A stretch of 64,000 nucleotides of DNA from Heterodontus francisci (GCF_036365525.1 NC_090395.1:65559326-65623325), one strand, 5' to 3'. Shown: positions 37,201 to 50,613, counted from the first letter of the stretch. A program made the numbers and translations. The notes: generated from the letters alone by a model not told the origin.

Positions 37201-39919
37201 ACTAAACTAATTTTCATCGAAGGATAAACAATCGTGAAAACCAGAGAGTTAGAATCTTAGCAGGACTGCGTAAGTTTATGCTGGATTGTGAGGTGAGCTC
37301 AAACAGGCACGTACACTCCCCCATCCTCCCAATGTTCTAAAAATTCCACAAACCCCCTGTAATACAAGTATTTTAGTGTATAAAAATTAACTATACCATT
37401 AAACATATATATATTTATGAATATTTTGGTTTGATTTGCTTAATGTGGAACTTGTTGCTGGTGTTGGACATCAATTCCGTCAGGAAGAGGAGATCTGAAC
37501 TCCTGGATATGCAATAAAAGGACTCCCTCTGCTCCACTTACCAGATCCACAAACAAGTTATGAGGCAGATTTCAGACAAAAAGGGGAACTCGATTCACAG
37601 AAGGAAGACTCTGCATGAAAGCAAACTGTAATCGAGAAACTGGGAGGGAGAATCAATCCAAATGTGAAGATGCCTCTGCTAAACCCACTGACATTGGGCC
37701 GTGTATTTCTCCCCTGTCCTAGTTGATGCTGAGTGAGCCTGGTAAATGGCACTGAATTTAAACCTCGAGAACATCAAGGTACCACCGTGCTGAAGGCAGT
37801 TGCCCCATCCTATGGCTAAAATAGAATCCCTAAGACTTGGGAGGATGGCCACTGGATGCATTACCTGAAGACTGAACCAAGGAGAGCCAAGCCAGTGCTT
37901 TGTACTAGGAAATGGCCCCGGTATGCTCAGTAAACTCCAGTGGGGATCTTGGACACATTTAGGGGTCCATAACCCTTGACTATGTCAACATGCACCTAAA
38001 CTCTCTGCAGTCAGGTGAACAAAACCTGACAGGGCCTGATTTTAACTCACTCAAAACATATTCACTTAGACAGAGTTAAAATTGGGCCTACACTGTGTGT
38101 CAAGAATAGAATTTGCAATCCATATTGGAATCTTGTATTTGTTTCTTGACCCTGATTTACTGAGATAATTGATCACTCAGTTGTCCCTCCACCATTCTGC
38201 TCTGGTACTGCAGTGTCTGGCTCTAAATGAGTCTCTTGGTCTCTTTAATCATCACAGTTCCTAGAACAATCTGAGAAGTTTGAATTCTTGCTTTACTCTC
38301 CATCAACATGTTCCCTTTCTTTGTGTGGAGCTATGGTGAGCATCATATTGTGTTTACTATTGATTCTATGGGGCCACTGAGTTGCAGGCCCTTGTTCTGC
38401 TTTTCTTTATATTCAGGAGATTGAACAGTTGTGTGGGAGAGATTTTGATCACCCCGTGACTGTAATTCCCAATGTTCTGTGTCGGTCATTTTTTAATAAA
38501 GGCAGAAAGTATCAGGTGGGACATTGAGAAACACAAATGGATGAATCTGAGCGACAGTTTAATTTGCTTCTCCTTGTTCACCAGACTCAATCACAAGGGT
38601 TTCCAACTGAACGGGAATTGTCCGAGGACACGTGTGTAGTTCAGGGTGAGGAACACTCGGGGACTGTTAAAGTAAATAAACATGAGACTGAAACTATGCT
38701 TAATATGAGATCATTATAGTAGCAGTTTCTGGGGAAGATATTGGGTAGCAGCACCATTCTGGGATGGATCAGTGATATTCATTGCTAACTTTAGTTCGCC
38801 TAAGTCGTTTCATGGCGGACCCCTTGAAACCTTCTCGCGGACCCCTGGTTGCAGTGCCTTGAGCTAGATTACAAATGCAAAAAAAAAACTCATGCAACTG
38901 TTGTGATTGACAGGAAGGTTCAGTCTCCTCTCCTTCCCACAGAGTTCTGAGCATGGAAATTAGATTCACAGATGAAGCAGTTAGTGCAGTGCTTATTAAC
39001 AACAGAAAGAATATCTGACCATATAGTCAGAGATCCTGAACAGTGATATTGTATCTATCAAACTATATCCTGGTAGACATGCACTCAGCAGCTTTATAAA
39101 TGTTTGTTCCTCTGAGGTAAGCAATCAAAGGGAGATAAATATACAGAAAATAATGGTAGAGGCAAAATAGAGAGAGAAATGATGAAAGAGACAGAGAAAG
39201 GTGAGGTATTTTATACCAGAATGTGGCATTTGTGGGATTGGAAACATAAGCACTGAATGGAAGGACATGAGAGACCAGGCTAAACCAAGGCACTGACTGA
39301 GGATTAAAAACTAGTGGGGGAGAAATTGGTTAGCTTCCGACTACAGGCATATCACAACATTAGGAAAAGGAGTAGACCATTCAGCCAATTAGATCATGGT
39401 TATTCTCAGTGCCAACTCCGACACAAATGGGTGGATAGGCTGCAACACAATACAAGCTCTGTCCAGTTTTTCATCAATTTCAGATTGGGATCCAAAAAAG
39501 AGCAATAGGACCCTGATTAGCTTAGAAGGGGGCTAAAGCCTCTTTCAGATGAGCACGTAGATCTCTAAGTACCTCCGGATCCAATTTTGCATTTAGTGTA
39601 CTTTGGGGGTGATTCAGGTACGGGATATAGTGGATCGAAATTGCAAACAGTAATTATATTTACAACCTTCCATGGGCAATGTAGCAATTCACTTCCTGAG
39701 CAGCCCAACCCATATGAAGCACTAACTCAGAATCTCAATTATTTGCTAAGTGAGGGCCTTTGATAAGAGCGCATCATTATAACCTCGCTTGGTTCAGTAT
39801 GGGAGTGGTGTGCTGCTACGAACAGCCTTGGTCACCCTATATACCCTAAACCTCTCAGGTTTTTCTGCCAAGGGAAATGAGCACTAACTCGCTGAATTTT
39901 CATCTGCGTATCGCACATC

Positions 39920-41750
39920 TTCTTTCTTTGGCCTCCTTGTCTCGAGAGACAATGGGTAAGTGCCTGGAGGTGGTCAGTGGTTTGTGCAGCAGCGTCTGGA
40001 GTGGCTATAAAGGCCAATTCTAGAGTGACAGACTCTTCCACAGGTGCTGCGGAAAAAATTGGTTGTCGGGGCTGTCACACAGTTGGTTCTCCCCTTGTGC
40101 TTCTGTCTTTTTTCCTGCCAACTGCTAAGTCTCTTCGACTCACCACACTTTAGCCCCACCATTATTGCTGCCCGCCAGCTCTGGCGATCGCTGGCAACTG
40201 ACTCCCACGACTTGTGATCAATGTCAGAGGACTTCATGTCGCGTTTGCAGACATCTTTAAAGCGGAGACATGGACGGTCTGATACCAGTGGCGAGCTCAC
40301 TGTACAATGTGTCCTTGGGGATCCTGCCATCTTCCATGCGGCTCACATGGCCAAGCCATCATCAAGCGCCGTTGACTCAGTAGGGTGTATAAGCTGGGGA
40401 TGTTGGCCACCTCGAGGACTTCTGTGTTGGAGATACGGTCCTGCCACCTGATTCCAAGTGTTCTTCGGAGGCAGCGAAGTTGGAATGAATTGAGACGTCG
40501 CTCTTGGCTGACATACATTGTCTAGGCCTCGCTGCTGTAGAGCAAGGTACTGAGGACACAGGCTTGATACACTTGGACTTTTGTGTTCCATGTCAGTGCG
40601 CCATTTTCCCACACTCTCTTGGCCACTGGACATAGCAGTGGAAGCCTTTCCCATGCGCTTGTTGATTTCTGCATCGAGAGACAGGTTACTGGTGATAGTT
40701 GAGCCTAGGTAGGTGAACTCTTGAACCACTTCCAGAGCGTGGTCGCCAATATTGATGGATGGAGCATTTCTGACGTCCTGTCCATGGTGTTCGTTTTCTT
40801 GAGGCTGATGGTTCGGCCAAATTCATTGCAGGCAGCCACAAGCCTGTCGATGAGACTCTGCAGACATTCTTCAGTGTGAGATGTTAATGCAGCATCGTCA
40901 GCAAAGAGGGGTTCCCTGATGAGGACTTTCCGTACTTTGGTCTTCGCTCTTAGATGGGCAAGGTTGAACAACCTGCCACCTGATCTTGTGTGGAGGAAAA
41001 TTCCTTCTTCTGAAGACTTGAACGCATGTTAGAGCAGCAGGGAGAAGAAAATCCCAAATAGTGTGGGTGCGAGAACACAGCCCTGTTTCACGCCACTCAG
41101 GATAGGAAAGGGGTCTGATGAGGCGCCGCTATGCTGAATTGTGCCTTTCATATTGTCATGGAATGAGGTGATGATACTTAGTAGCTTTGGTGGACATCCG
41201 ATCTTTTCCAGTAGTCTGAAGAGACCACGTCTGCTGGCAAGGTCAAAGGCTTTGGTGAGATCAATGAAAGCAAAGTAGAGGGGCATCTGTTGTTCGCGGC
41301 ATTTCTCCTGTATCTGACGAAGGGAGAACAGCATGTCAATGGTTGATCTCTCTGCTCGAAAGCCACACTGTGCCTCAGGGTAGACGCGCTTGGCCAGCTT
41401 CTGGAGCCTGTTTAGAGCGACTCGAGCAAAGACTTTCCCCACTATGCTGAGCAGGGAGATTCCACGGTAGTTGTCACCGCGGTCACCTTTGTTTTTATAG
41501 AGGGTGATGATATTTGCATTGCGCATGTCTTGTGGTACTGCTCCCTCGTCCCAGCACAGGCAAAGCAGTTCGTAGAGTGCTGAGAGTATAGCAGGCTTGG
41601 CACCCTTGATGATTTCAGGGGTAATGCCGTCCTTCCCAGGGGCTTTTCCGCTGGCTAGAGAATCAATGTCATCACTGAGTTCTGATTTTGTTGGCTGTAC
41701 GTCCAGCTCTTCCATGACTGGCAGAGGCTGGGCTGCATTGAGGGCAGTCT
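39920..41750 (-). mobile_element. 5'-truncated RTE-clade LINE (BovB-like), frameshifted
   Basis: ORF 41029-41715 (GKAPGKDG, NYRGISLLS, EAQCGFR, FIDLTKAFD, GVKQGCVLAP), LFADD at 40705-40971, FTYLGS, C-terminal RFKDVCKRD; short TTC tail; ATCGCACATC at 39910-39919 and 41819-41828. Confidence 0.92.
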
Positions 41751-42136
41751 TTGATGATCCAAGATGGCTCCTGGGCTATAAGCTCCCTAGGAAGCTCCCT
41801 TGCTGTGCAACTCTACCCATCGCACATCAGTACATTAAAATTCAACAGAATTCTTTTGATTGATGTGATTTAGTGAATGAATAGCCACATGTGAGTAGAG
41901 GATGATGTTCTGCACCTTCGGGAACCTACAAACACAATAAGAAGCAAACAGTTGGCTGCAGTTTCTGTTTGGTATTCCTGACTGTCATGTACCCATGCGC
42001 CAGCCTTTAGAAGACTTCTGTAATATCCTTGTGCAACAGTTGTCAGTATTTTCATTGACTCCTGAGATCTACCACTCAGTTCCTGGAAGGTATATAAATG
42101 TTCAGGGTGTGGTAACTATAACTTCACTTAGAAGTT

Positions 42137-42482
42137 ATATAGAAGGAGTGCAGCGAAGGTTTCCCAGACTGATTTTTGGGATGGCGGGACTGACGTATGA
42201 GGAGACATTGAGTCGGTTAGGATTATATTTGCTGGAGTTCAGAAGAGTGAGGGGGGATCTCATAGAAAATTCTAACAGGACTTGACAGGAAGGATGTTCC
42301 CGATGGTGGGGGAGTCCAGAACCAGGGGTCCCTTTCGCCCCAAGAGCTATATCTAACTCCTTCTTGAAAACATACAATGTTTTGGCCTCAACTGCTTTCT
42401 GTGGTAGTGAATTCCACAGGCTCACCACTCTCTGGGTGAAGTAATTTCTCCTCATCTCAGTCCTGAAAGGTTTACCCCGTAT
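42137..42482. mobile_element. Two short CR1 ORF2 3' fragments in opposite orientation
   Basis: + strand IEGVQRRFPRLI..RRVRGDLIE (42137-42325) joined to - strand MRRNYFTQRVVSLWNSLP (42328-42482). Confidence 0.75.
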
Positions 42483-42489
42483 ATGGTCA

Positions 42490-42632
42490 GTTATTCTCTG
42501 TGACCTTGTCCTATCTACACCTTCACCTTTGTTATCTCTTGCCCCACCCCAGCTTTACTTGCTTAAAACCTTTCACATTTCTAATATGTGCCAGTTCTGA
42601 AGAAGGGTCACTGACCTGAAACGTTTACTCTG
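42490..42632 (+). mobile_element. Penelope-like element terminal fragment with a hammerhead-like core
   Basis: Pyrimidine-rich stretch ending CCAGTTCTGAAGAAGGGTCACTGACCTGAAACGTTTACTCTG. Confidence 0.55.
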
Positions 42633-42634
42633 CC

Positions 42635-43065
42635 CTCCATTGTGCTCTGCTGCATCCCCTCCTCAATGGGGAAGCCTGGATGAATGAGGCCCATGATAGG
42701 TCACCCCTTCCTAAATGCTTGTTCTTCACTCCCAGTTGCCCTCCCTTCTTGCCCCCATTTGTGAACTTTTCCCAGGTGGCACTAGCCCATTGCCCCCCTT
42801 GCAATGCCCCCTTGCAGCTCAGAGACCTTTGCCCTCACCCCTCACACAATGCAAGCTGCCTCCCCTTCTCCACCCTGCCTGGCAGTCGATGGTTGTCCTC
42901 CCAATGGTCTCCCTTTGCAGCCAGACATAATCTCCAGCCTCCACGTTACCTCCTTGAGCTCTCTGAAGCTCCATGCCAACCGTGCGCCGTTTAGAAAATT
43001 CAAACCTGGCCATAAAATTGCTTTCAATAGGCCTCTTAACCTCTTAACTGCCTGTCGCGTCATCA
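42635..43065. mobile_element. GC-rich interspersed repeat, probably Harbinger-derived; inverted relative at 63545-64000
   Basis: TGGATGAATGAGGCCCATGATAGG and CTCCACCCTGCCTGGCAGTCG match the reverse complement of 63620-63820. Confidence 0.55.
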
Positions 43066-43428
43066 TTGAAACTCAAAGTAGTCGTGGAGAGGATGTTTCC
43101 TCTGGTGGGGCAATCTAGAACGAGAGGTCATAGTTTTAGGATAATGGGTAGCAGATTTAAAACAGAAATGAGGAGAAGTTACTTCTCTCAAAGGGTCGTG
43201 AGTCTGTGGAATTCACTACCACAGAGTGCGGAGGATGCCGGGACAATGGGTAAATTTAAGGAGGAGATAGACAGATTTTTAATTAATAATGGGTTGAAGG
43301 GCTATGGAGAAGGGGCAGGAAAGTGGAGTTGGGGCTGAGATGAGATCAGCCATGATCATATTGAATGGCGGAGCAGGCTCGAGGGGCAGAATGGCCTACT
43401 CCTGCTCCTTGTTCTTATGTTCTTATGA
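43066..43428 (+). mobile_element. CR1 3' end fragment
   Basis: MFPLVGQSRTRGHSF..RVVSLWNSLP; 3' UTR and (TTCTTATG)n tail. Confidence 0.88.
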
Positions 43429-44389
43429 ACTCTGTTCCCCATCTTTGCTGCCATTAGTAAAATTGGGATGGGATGTTATGACATCAGACTTCCTGTCCGA
43501 TGTGTCCCATCTCGATGTTATGCCCCCCACCACTTCCGTTCCTGTACCTGGGTCCGCTAAAACATCAGCCCAAGAAGTCTAATTGTGCAGACAGAAACTG
43601 TGCAAACAGCTAAATTATCACCAAGATGTAGGCAGAGAGATAACAACTTGAAAGACATAGTGTAGTTTTGAGTTGTGATGATTCAATAACAAAAGCCATT
43701 TTATTATGTATAATTGGTTAAAAAAACTGTTTGAAGCTGGATGAATAATGAATATTGGATCGGGACACAGAATTCCATCAATGTAGGTGTAAACTGGGAA
43801 TCTTCATTTTACCACCTTGGTCAAACTGTGACCATCTGATTCAGCGAGTGACTGAAAAAGAAAATATTTAAGGCATCAGATTAATTGTGACCGAGAACGA
43901 TGTATTATTTTACATGTCATTTCTGAACAGAATTCCGGAACTAGCAAAAAATTGAGGAAAAGCTTGTGATGGACTGGAGCTGTGTTGAGATCACTCTCCT
44001 CCCTCCCCTATCACCCATTGGATGGCCGCTGGGGAAAGGTTTCAGTTGTCTCCCTCTTGAATACATGTAGCTCCATTTTCATGCAATTAATGTTTCCCTG
44101 CAGCTGTGATGGTGACATTTGACTGCAGAAATAGGTTGACATGGCTACTTTATTAAATACATTTTATACCATCCAGTCGAGGTTCCCACAACAACATCAT
44201 CGGGTCTGTGTCTGAGCCTCTTGGTGCTCGACTGCGTCATTTTGAGTCCCTTGAGTGCTTGTCCAAAAGCAATTATCCCTGGTGCTCGGTTTCTTAGCTT
44301 TTCCCATTTCCTCACTTCCTTTTCTTGTTCTGACTGTTCTATAACACCGAAATAAAAGTTGTGAGGGCTCTATAATGGGTGGGTTCCAT

Positions 44390-45515
44390 AGTAACATAGC
44401 AACAGGAGCAGCTTATTCAACCCCTCAAGCCTGCTCCAACATTTGATTAGATCTGATTAGACTGATCTGTAGTTTAACTCCATTTTCCCGCCATCGATCA
44501 ATATCCTTTGATATCCTTACCCAACAAATATCTAAGGATCTCAGCTATGAAAATTTGAATTGACCAAGTATCCACAGCCTTTAGGATGAATCAGTTCCAT
44601 ATTTCTGCTACTCTTTGTGTGAAAAAATGCTTCCTAATGTCACTCCTAAACAGCTTAACACTCATTTTTAGATTATGCCACCTGGTACTGATTGCCCCAC
44701 TGAGAAGCAGTTTCTCTGTTCCTAACACATTGATTCCCTTAATAATTCTCAATAGCCCAAACAGCCCTCAACCTCTAGACTCAAATAAATTCATGCCAAT
44801 TTATGCAATCTGTCTTCATAACCTAACCCTTGATCCCATGTATCACTCTGGTGGGTTTACACTGCACCCTTTCCAAGGCCAATATTTCTTTCCTGAGGTT
44901 CGGTGCCCAAAACTGAATGCAGAATTCCAGATGGAGTCTGACCAAGACTCTGTACAACTAAAACATCACTTCTTCACTTTTGCATTTCAATCCTCTTAAA
45001 ATAAAGGCCAACATTCCATTTGTCTTTTCAATTACTTTCTGTAGCTGTGCACTAGCTCTTAGTGATGTGTGTACACGAACACACAAATCTCTTTACTCAA
45101 TCACATCTTATTATTCTTCAGAGGGTCGTTAGGCTGTGGAATTCTCTTCTCCAGAGGGCAGTGGATGCAGGCACATTGAATATTTTTAAGGCTGAGTTAG
45201 ATAGATCTTGATTGACAAGGGAGTCAATTGGTATCGGGGGCAGACAGGAAAATACAGTTAGGGCCACAATAAGACCAGCCATGAACTTAGCAAATGACAG
45301 AGCAGCCTCAAGGGGCTGAATGGCCTACTCCGGCTCCTAATTCGTATGTTTATATGCATCTTCTAGTCGCTAGCCATTAAGAGATTATTCCAATTTGTCT
45401 TTCTCAGATCCAAAGTGGATGAACTCACACTTCCGCACATTGAATTCCATTTGCCATAGATTTGCTCATTCACTCAGTCTGTTTATGTCCTTATGTGACT
45501 TCCTGCTCTCATCAA
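44390..45515 (-). mobile_element. Old CR1 3' fragment with a nested plus-strand CR1 3' end (~45113-45352)
   Basis: CATAGTAACATAG tail and decayed RT C-terminus on -; nested TTCTTCAGAGGGTCGT..TGGAATTCTCT..GAATGGCCTACTCC on +. Confidence 0.7.
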
Positions 45516-45699
45516 TAGAATTTACATTCTGGGATGGGTGGGTGATCCTCTCCACAACGTTACTGCCTATGCTGTGAAGGTGATAAGTTATTCCAGTGAC
45601 ACCAATTAAAAATGAAACTCTTGTAACGTGGATTTCTATAACCAGGATTGAACCTGTTTAGCCATGGACTGCAAATACATAATCTAGGCAGGCACTTCA

Positions 45700-45989
45700 G
45701 CACCATACAGCGGTAGTGCTCTATCATCAGATGAAACGTTGTCTGAAGGCCCCGTCTGCTAGTTCAGGTGAACATAAAAGATGTCATGACTCCATGTGAA
45801 GAAGAGCAGAGGAGTTCACCCAGTGCCCTGGCCTAGACAGATTATCTGGTCATTCATCTGCTTTGTTGCTTTTGGGACTTTGCTGTCTGCAAATTGCCTG
45901 TCGTTGTTACCGACATAACAACAATAACACGGCAAATTAACTCAATGAATGTAAAGATGTCGGGATGTTTTGAAGCCATGAAAGACACT
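45700..45989 (+). mobile_element. DeuSINE/SacSINE1-like remnant
   Basis: CAGATGAAACGT..GGCCCCGTCTGC..TCAGGTGAACATAAAAGAT..GAAGAAGAGCAG..ATTATCTGGTCATT..GCTGTCTGCAAATTG. Confidence 0.65.
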
Positions 45990-46899
45990 AGGCTGGATTT
46001 TACAGACCCCCCGACGTCGGGTTTCATGACCCGGGGTTGGGGGTGGGGGGCAGCTGGAAAATGCCTGCGCCAGAGGGCCGCCACGCACCTCGATACTGGG
46101 AGGGCCCGGCCTGATATTCCCGGTTGGCGGTGAGGCCTTGTGGTGGCTCTCCTGGCCGCTTGGCGACGGGACTGCAATTTAAATATGCAAAGAGGTACTT
46201 ACCATGCTGAATTAAGCATCCCGCTGCGAGCAAGTATCAGGTTTGAATATTGAGCTGACGGGTAGCTCTCGAATGCCTTCATGTTCCCGACCGATAAAAG
46301 CCGGCGAAACGGAGGTGGTAGTGCTCGGAGCCTGTGCAGATGAGTGGGGGAGTGTTGCGAAACAGGTTTTAACTTTGCATTCATGAAGGGAGGTTGATGG
46401 GGGAGGGATATTAAAGGAGTCTCAACTCTGCATTCACGTACGGAGGCACCGCGTACCCTCCCTCCGTAAAGGGGGCCACTCTGCGCCTGCAATTGCTTGG
46501 GGGAATGAAGGAACAATAGCAGTTCAGGGTCCCTTTGTGTGGGGTGGGGGGGGCCACAAATGGTAGGCAATTAAAGGTAATGTCGATGGTGGGTTAATCC
46601 AGGCAACTGCAGCAATAAGAATGCAGTCATGCTGCCCCACTCTTAGTGAAAGCTAAGATGTGCTGTGCCATGCCACACCATATAGGTGATGCGCGTACAT
46701 ACCTGATGTACCAATCTGTTAGGTGCCTTTGATGTACTGAAGGAACCAAGTTTAACTGCAACATTGAGATGGGGATGGTCCACCCTGTATTCATTGATCC
46801 ACACTCCTTGAGGAGCCATATCCGTTGGAGGTAGAACCAAGAGGCAGGTGTAGCCCATGTGGAAGCCCCCGGACGAGAACTGCAGCCCCCAAGGTGGAT

Positions 46900-47830
46900 T
46901 TGGTACTACAGAACACTGAGCATCTACAGGTCACGCATGACATACCTGCAGATGTCTGAGCGCCAATGTCAGAGGTGACTGGATGTCGAGAGAGGAGGTG
47001 ACACATCTCTGTGCACTGCTGAATGATGACCTGCAGCCAATGGGCTCTGATGGACATCCTATGCCTGTGGCCCTCAAAGTGAAGCAGCTCTTAACTTCTC
47101 TGCCTCTGCATCATTTCAGGAAACCACCGATAACCTATGGGGGTTCACAAAGTCAGCATGTCACTGCTGCATCAGGGAGGTCACCGATGCCCTGTACCGG
47201 AGGGCTGGCGACTATGTTTGCTTCAGGACAGACCCTGAGAGTCAGGCCAAGAGGGACGCCAAATTTGGCTCCGTCACAGAATTCCCACAGGTGCAAGAGG
47301 TCATAGATTGCACCCATGTGGCCATCAAGGCTCCTGCCGGGTAAGCAGCTGCATACATAAACAGGAAGGGATTCCACTCGCTCAGTGTGCAGCTGGTATA
47401 TGATCACCGGAAGTGCTTCATACAAGTCTGTGCCCACTTTCCAGGCAGCTGCCATGATGCCTTCATCCTGCGCCAGTTCCAGGTGCCGCTGCTGTTCACT
47501 GAACTGGCTCAAATCAAGGGGTGGATTCTTGGAGACGAGGGCGACCCCTTGCAGACATGGCTCCCGATGCCGTTGAGAAACCTCACCAGTGATGCAGAAG
47601 AGAGATACAACACCTGCCAGGGCTCAACACGAGCCACCATTGAGCAGGCCTCCGCTGCCTGGATACATTGGGTGGGGCCCTACAGTATGCATTGGAAAGG
47701 GTTGCTCGTATAGTTGCTGTATGCTGTGCTCTGCACAACTTTGCAGTAAATATGGGGAGGCCTTGCAGGATAAGGAGAGACATGAGTAGGACTCCTCCTC
47801 GGATGATGAGGACGTCAAGGTCTTGCAGCA
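46900..47830 (+). pseudogene. Harbinger DDE transposase (HARBI1-like), frameshifted
   Basis: MSERQC..HPMPVALKV; VIDCTHVAIKAP; YINRKGFHSLSVQLVYDH; FPGSCHDAFIL; GWILGDEG.PLQTWL; TRATIEQA; CCALHNFA. Confidence 0.88.
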
Positions 47831-48359
47831 GGAAAGGTGCACGGGAGGACGGAGAGCATCCAGGCAGCATGCGCAGGGCGAGAAGTGAGCAAGGGATGCA
47901 CGACAATGCCTTTTTGATCAACGGTTCTCCAAACCCTGAAGTGCGCTATATGTCCTACAAGCCACACACCACCCTCATTCAACTGTTGTGCAGCCGTCCG
48001 CATCTGTAACATCTTTGTCTCCACCATTGCTGGCAGCAGCTGACTGAGCCATTGTCCATATGACTGCATCTACGGACAGGCACATCACGCGTACTGGCAT
48101 GGCAATTTATTCCATAAATTGGCAGTTCTGTCAGGCCAATGACGTAATGGAAGGAGACATGATCTGTATGTGTTGGCACACATCATTCACACAGTAAAAA
48201 TGATACACATGTTAGTGAAGCACATTTACTGAGAAAAAACAATACGCGTGAAAGCCCATTCGTGTCATGGTGTTTTTTTGAAACGTTTGCGGGTGCTCCA
48301 ACATGGTGCCATTTCTGCGCTAGCAGCTTGACTGCAGGCAGGTGCTGATCAGGATGCCC

Positions 48360-50036
48360 TTTGGCTTTGGATGAGGTCGGCGGTTGTCCTCTGGGCACCG
48401 GAGGCCTGGAGAGCTCTAGCTGCCTGGGGGCAGTGCAGGGCTGTCTTCAGATGTCGTGGCTGCTGGAGCTGGACTCATCAGCAGAGGGACTGAGTGGCCG
48501 GTGTCCACATTGGAATCACCTTAAGGGAGGACCCCAGATTTGGCGCACAGGCTTGCCTCCTCCCTCTCGAGACGTGTAGGAACCTCGCTGTTCTCCCGGG
48601 AAGGACGAGGTGCAGAGACAGTCTCCAAGCCCCTGGTCCCTCTCTCGCCTAGCCACTGCTTCATCCAGCTTATGGCTGCGGTGAGGCTTTGCAGGTCAAC
48701 GCAGGGCATTGGAATCTGGCTCTCCAAGACACTCACCATCTTCCCCATGGATGAAGCCATGCGCTCAAATGCCTGGGACATGGCAGCTGTCATGGCCTGG
48801 ATGGACCTCCCACCATCCGTTCAAGGCTGTGCATGGCCTATGGCATCTCCACCAGATGTTGCCATGACTGCTGCTGCAGCTCCAGCATGCCCTGTGCTGT
48901 CGACAACAGAGGATCATCATCAGCCTGAAGCTAAGCATGGGTCTGGACACAATGTGGGGTCACACAGTCAGCAGTGCATCACTGCATCAGTCCTCCGACT
49001 GTCAGGGCCCTCGGCTGTCTCAGCCTCAACCAGCTGCTCGGCCGCGTTTGTCGTGCACTCACCAGCTTGTGACCCAGACTCTAAAGCCGATCGGATTCCC
49101 ACTGAGGTGGCTGTATCTGCGCTGGTTGGAGGTGCAGGAGTGTCATGGGACACCGCGTTCTCTGAGGTTCTCTCTTCCTCAGAGGTGCGGGAAGTCTCCG
49201 GGGCCTGCAATTCTGAATCGGAGCATCGCCCTGCAAAATACAATGTGAGGAGCACAGTTTCAGTTTTTATGGTGCACCTGTCATGATTATGACAGAATTG
49301 TCTCAAATAAAAAAATGTTCTAAGTAATCATTGTGTTTGTCAAATGGCTGTATGTTTACCCAGGACCCCGTGCTCCGAGTCCACAATGGCACGTCCTCCC
49401 TGGATGACAGCCAGCTCCAGGGCCTCGTCCTCAGTCTGTTTCAGCAGTCTCATGTCTGGCACCCGTCCACCAGTCCTGGATGCCTCCTGCGCATTGTGGG
49501 CCCTCTTAACCTGGAGGAGCAAGGAGGCATATATTGAGCATTGCCAAACAGCAACATGACACATGTCACAACAGGGGCACTGGACCCAAAGGTGGTGGAA
49601 GCTCAGTCTGTACTCCTGACTCAACCTGCATTGTAGCTGCCATGCTCTGAATAGGGAACAAGGGTGAGTTCTGTCACACGTGCAGCCATTCATGTAGCAT
49701 AATTCCTCCCTGCCTGACCTCCCTGTCTTTGACATGGCAGTGACACCCATGTGCTACTGCGTGGGGACACCCAGGTCAAATGGAGCCATACAACAAAGTG
49801 CTACTTACCTTTGCCAAGCGCAAGAGATCATTCACGCTCTTGCGGCACTGGATCCAGTCCCGGCGGATGGCCCCACAGCAACTTACCTCCTCTGCAATCT
49901 CCATCCAGGCTTGCTTAGACAGGCGGGAGGGCCTCTTCTTACCATCGCTGGGGAAAGGGACCTCCCGCCTTGCCCATGCAGCCTGGAGGAGAATGAACAG
50001 GGAGGCATCGCTGAACCGTGGGGCCACCTCTGTCAC
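48360..50036 (-). pseudogene. Harbinger Myb/SANT (trihelix, NAIF1-like) gene, about 3 exons
   Basis: APRFSDASL..FPSDGKK..QAWMEIAEEV..RDWIQCRKSVNDL..AK|GTAAGT; next exon cag|VKRAHNAQEASRTGG; third exon after ttgcag at ~49231. Confidence 0.82.
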
Positions 50037-50499
50037 CTTGTGTGCCTTCCAGGATCTTGGTTTCCAGATGCGCCAGAACAGATTATTCCGTGTAGCCTGG
50101 GCAGCTCCTGCAGTGATGTTTTAAAAGAGATTTTGAATGACTGCAGGGCTGGCTGCCGTTTAAATATGGCGCCAACACCTGCTGACTTGTCAGCTGACCC
50201 TGTTCATGGCGGCGTCCAGCCCGCCCCTTCCATGCCAGTGGGGCGTTTCCTGACCCGGGCATGCAAATGAGCCGCCATGCTTAGGGTCGCGGCAACTCCG
50301 CGACGTGCCCGATATCGGCAGCGGGCTTGTAAATTTCAGCCCACCGTGTAAAGTTTGCGATGCAAAGCATCATTGGTGAAGAGAAACTTTCATTTATTAG
50401 TGAAAATTATCCGAGAATAAGACTACTGATCACTTCTGGATGGATGCAGCTGCAACAAGGATGAAGAAGACCAACACCTTCCAGAACAAGGAATCTACT

Positions 50500-50613
50500 T
50501 GATTTTACCTACAAAACATCAGTAACACTTCAAAACTAACTCATATTATCTGTAAAATGCTTTGTTTCATCCTGAGGACTTGAAAGAATTTATATAAATG
50601 CAAGTTTTTCTTT
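50500..50613 (+). mobile_element. DeuSINE/SacSINE-like 3' tail overlapping a candidate last exon of gene B
   Basis: CACTTCAAAA..TGTAAAATGCTTTG..CCTGAGG..TGAAAG..TATATAAATGCAAGTTTTTCTTT. Confidence 0.55.

Larger units (their letters stand above)
45990..50342 (+). mobile_element. Full-length decayed PIF/Harbinger DNA transposon with convergent transposase and Myb/SANT genes
   Basis: TIRs (A)GGCTGGATTTTACA versus reverse complement GGGCTGAAATTTACA; both internal genes recognisable. Confidence 0.88.

Noticed and set aside
46200-46230. Resemblance of GCTGAATTAAGCAT to the 28S rRNA 5' end
   Set aside because: Only ~14 nt, no extension, and inside a Harbinger element
45985-50346. 3-bp TWA target-site duplication for the Harbinger element
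   Set aside because: Flanks read ACT/ACC; no clean duplication can be claimed
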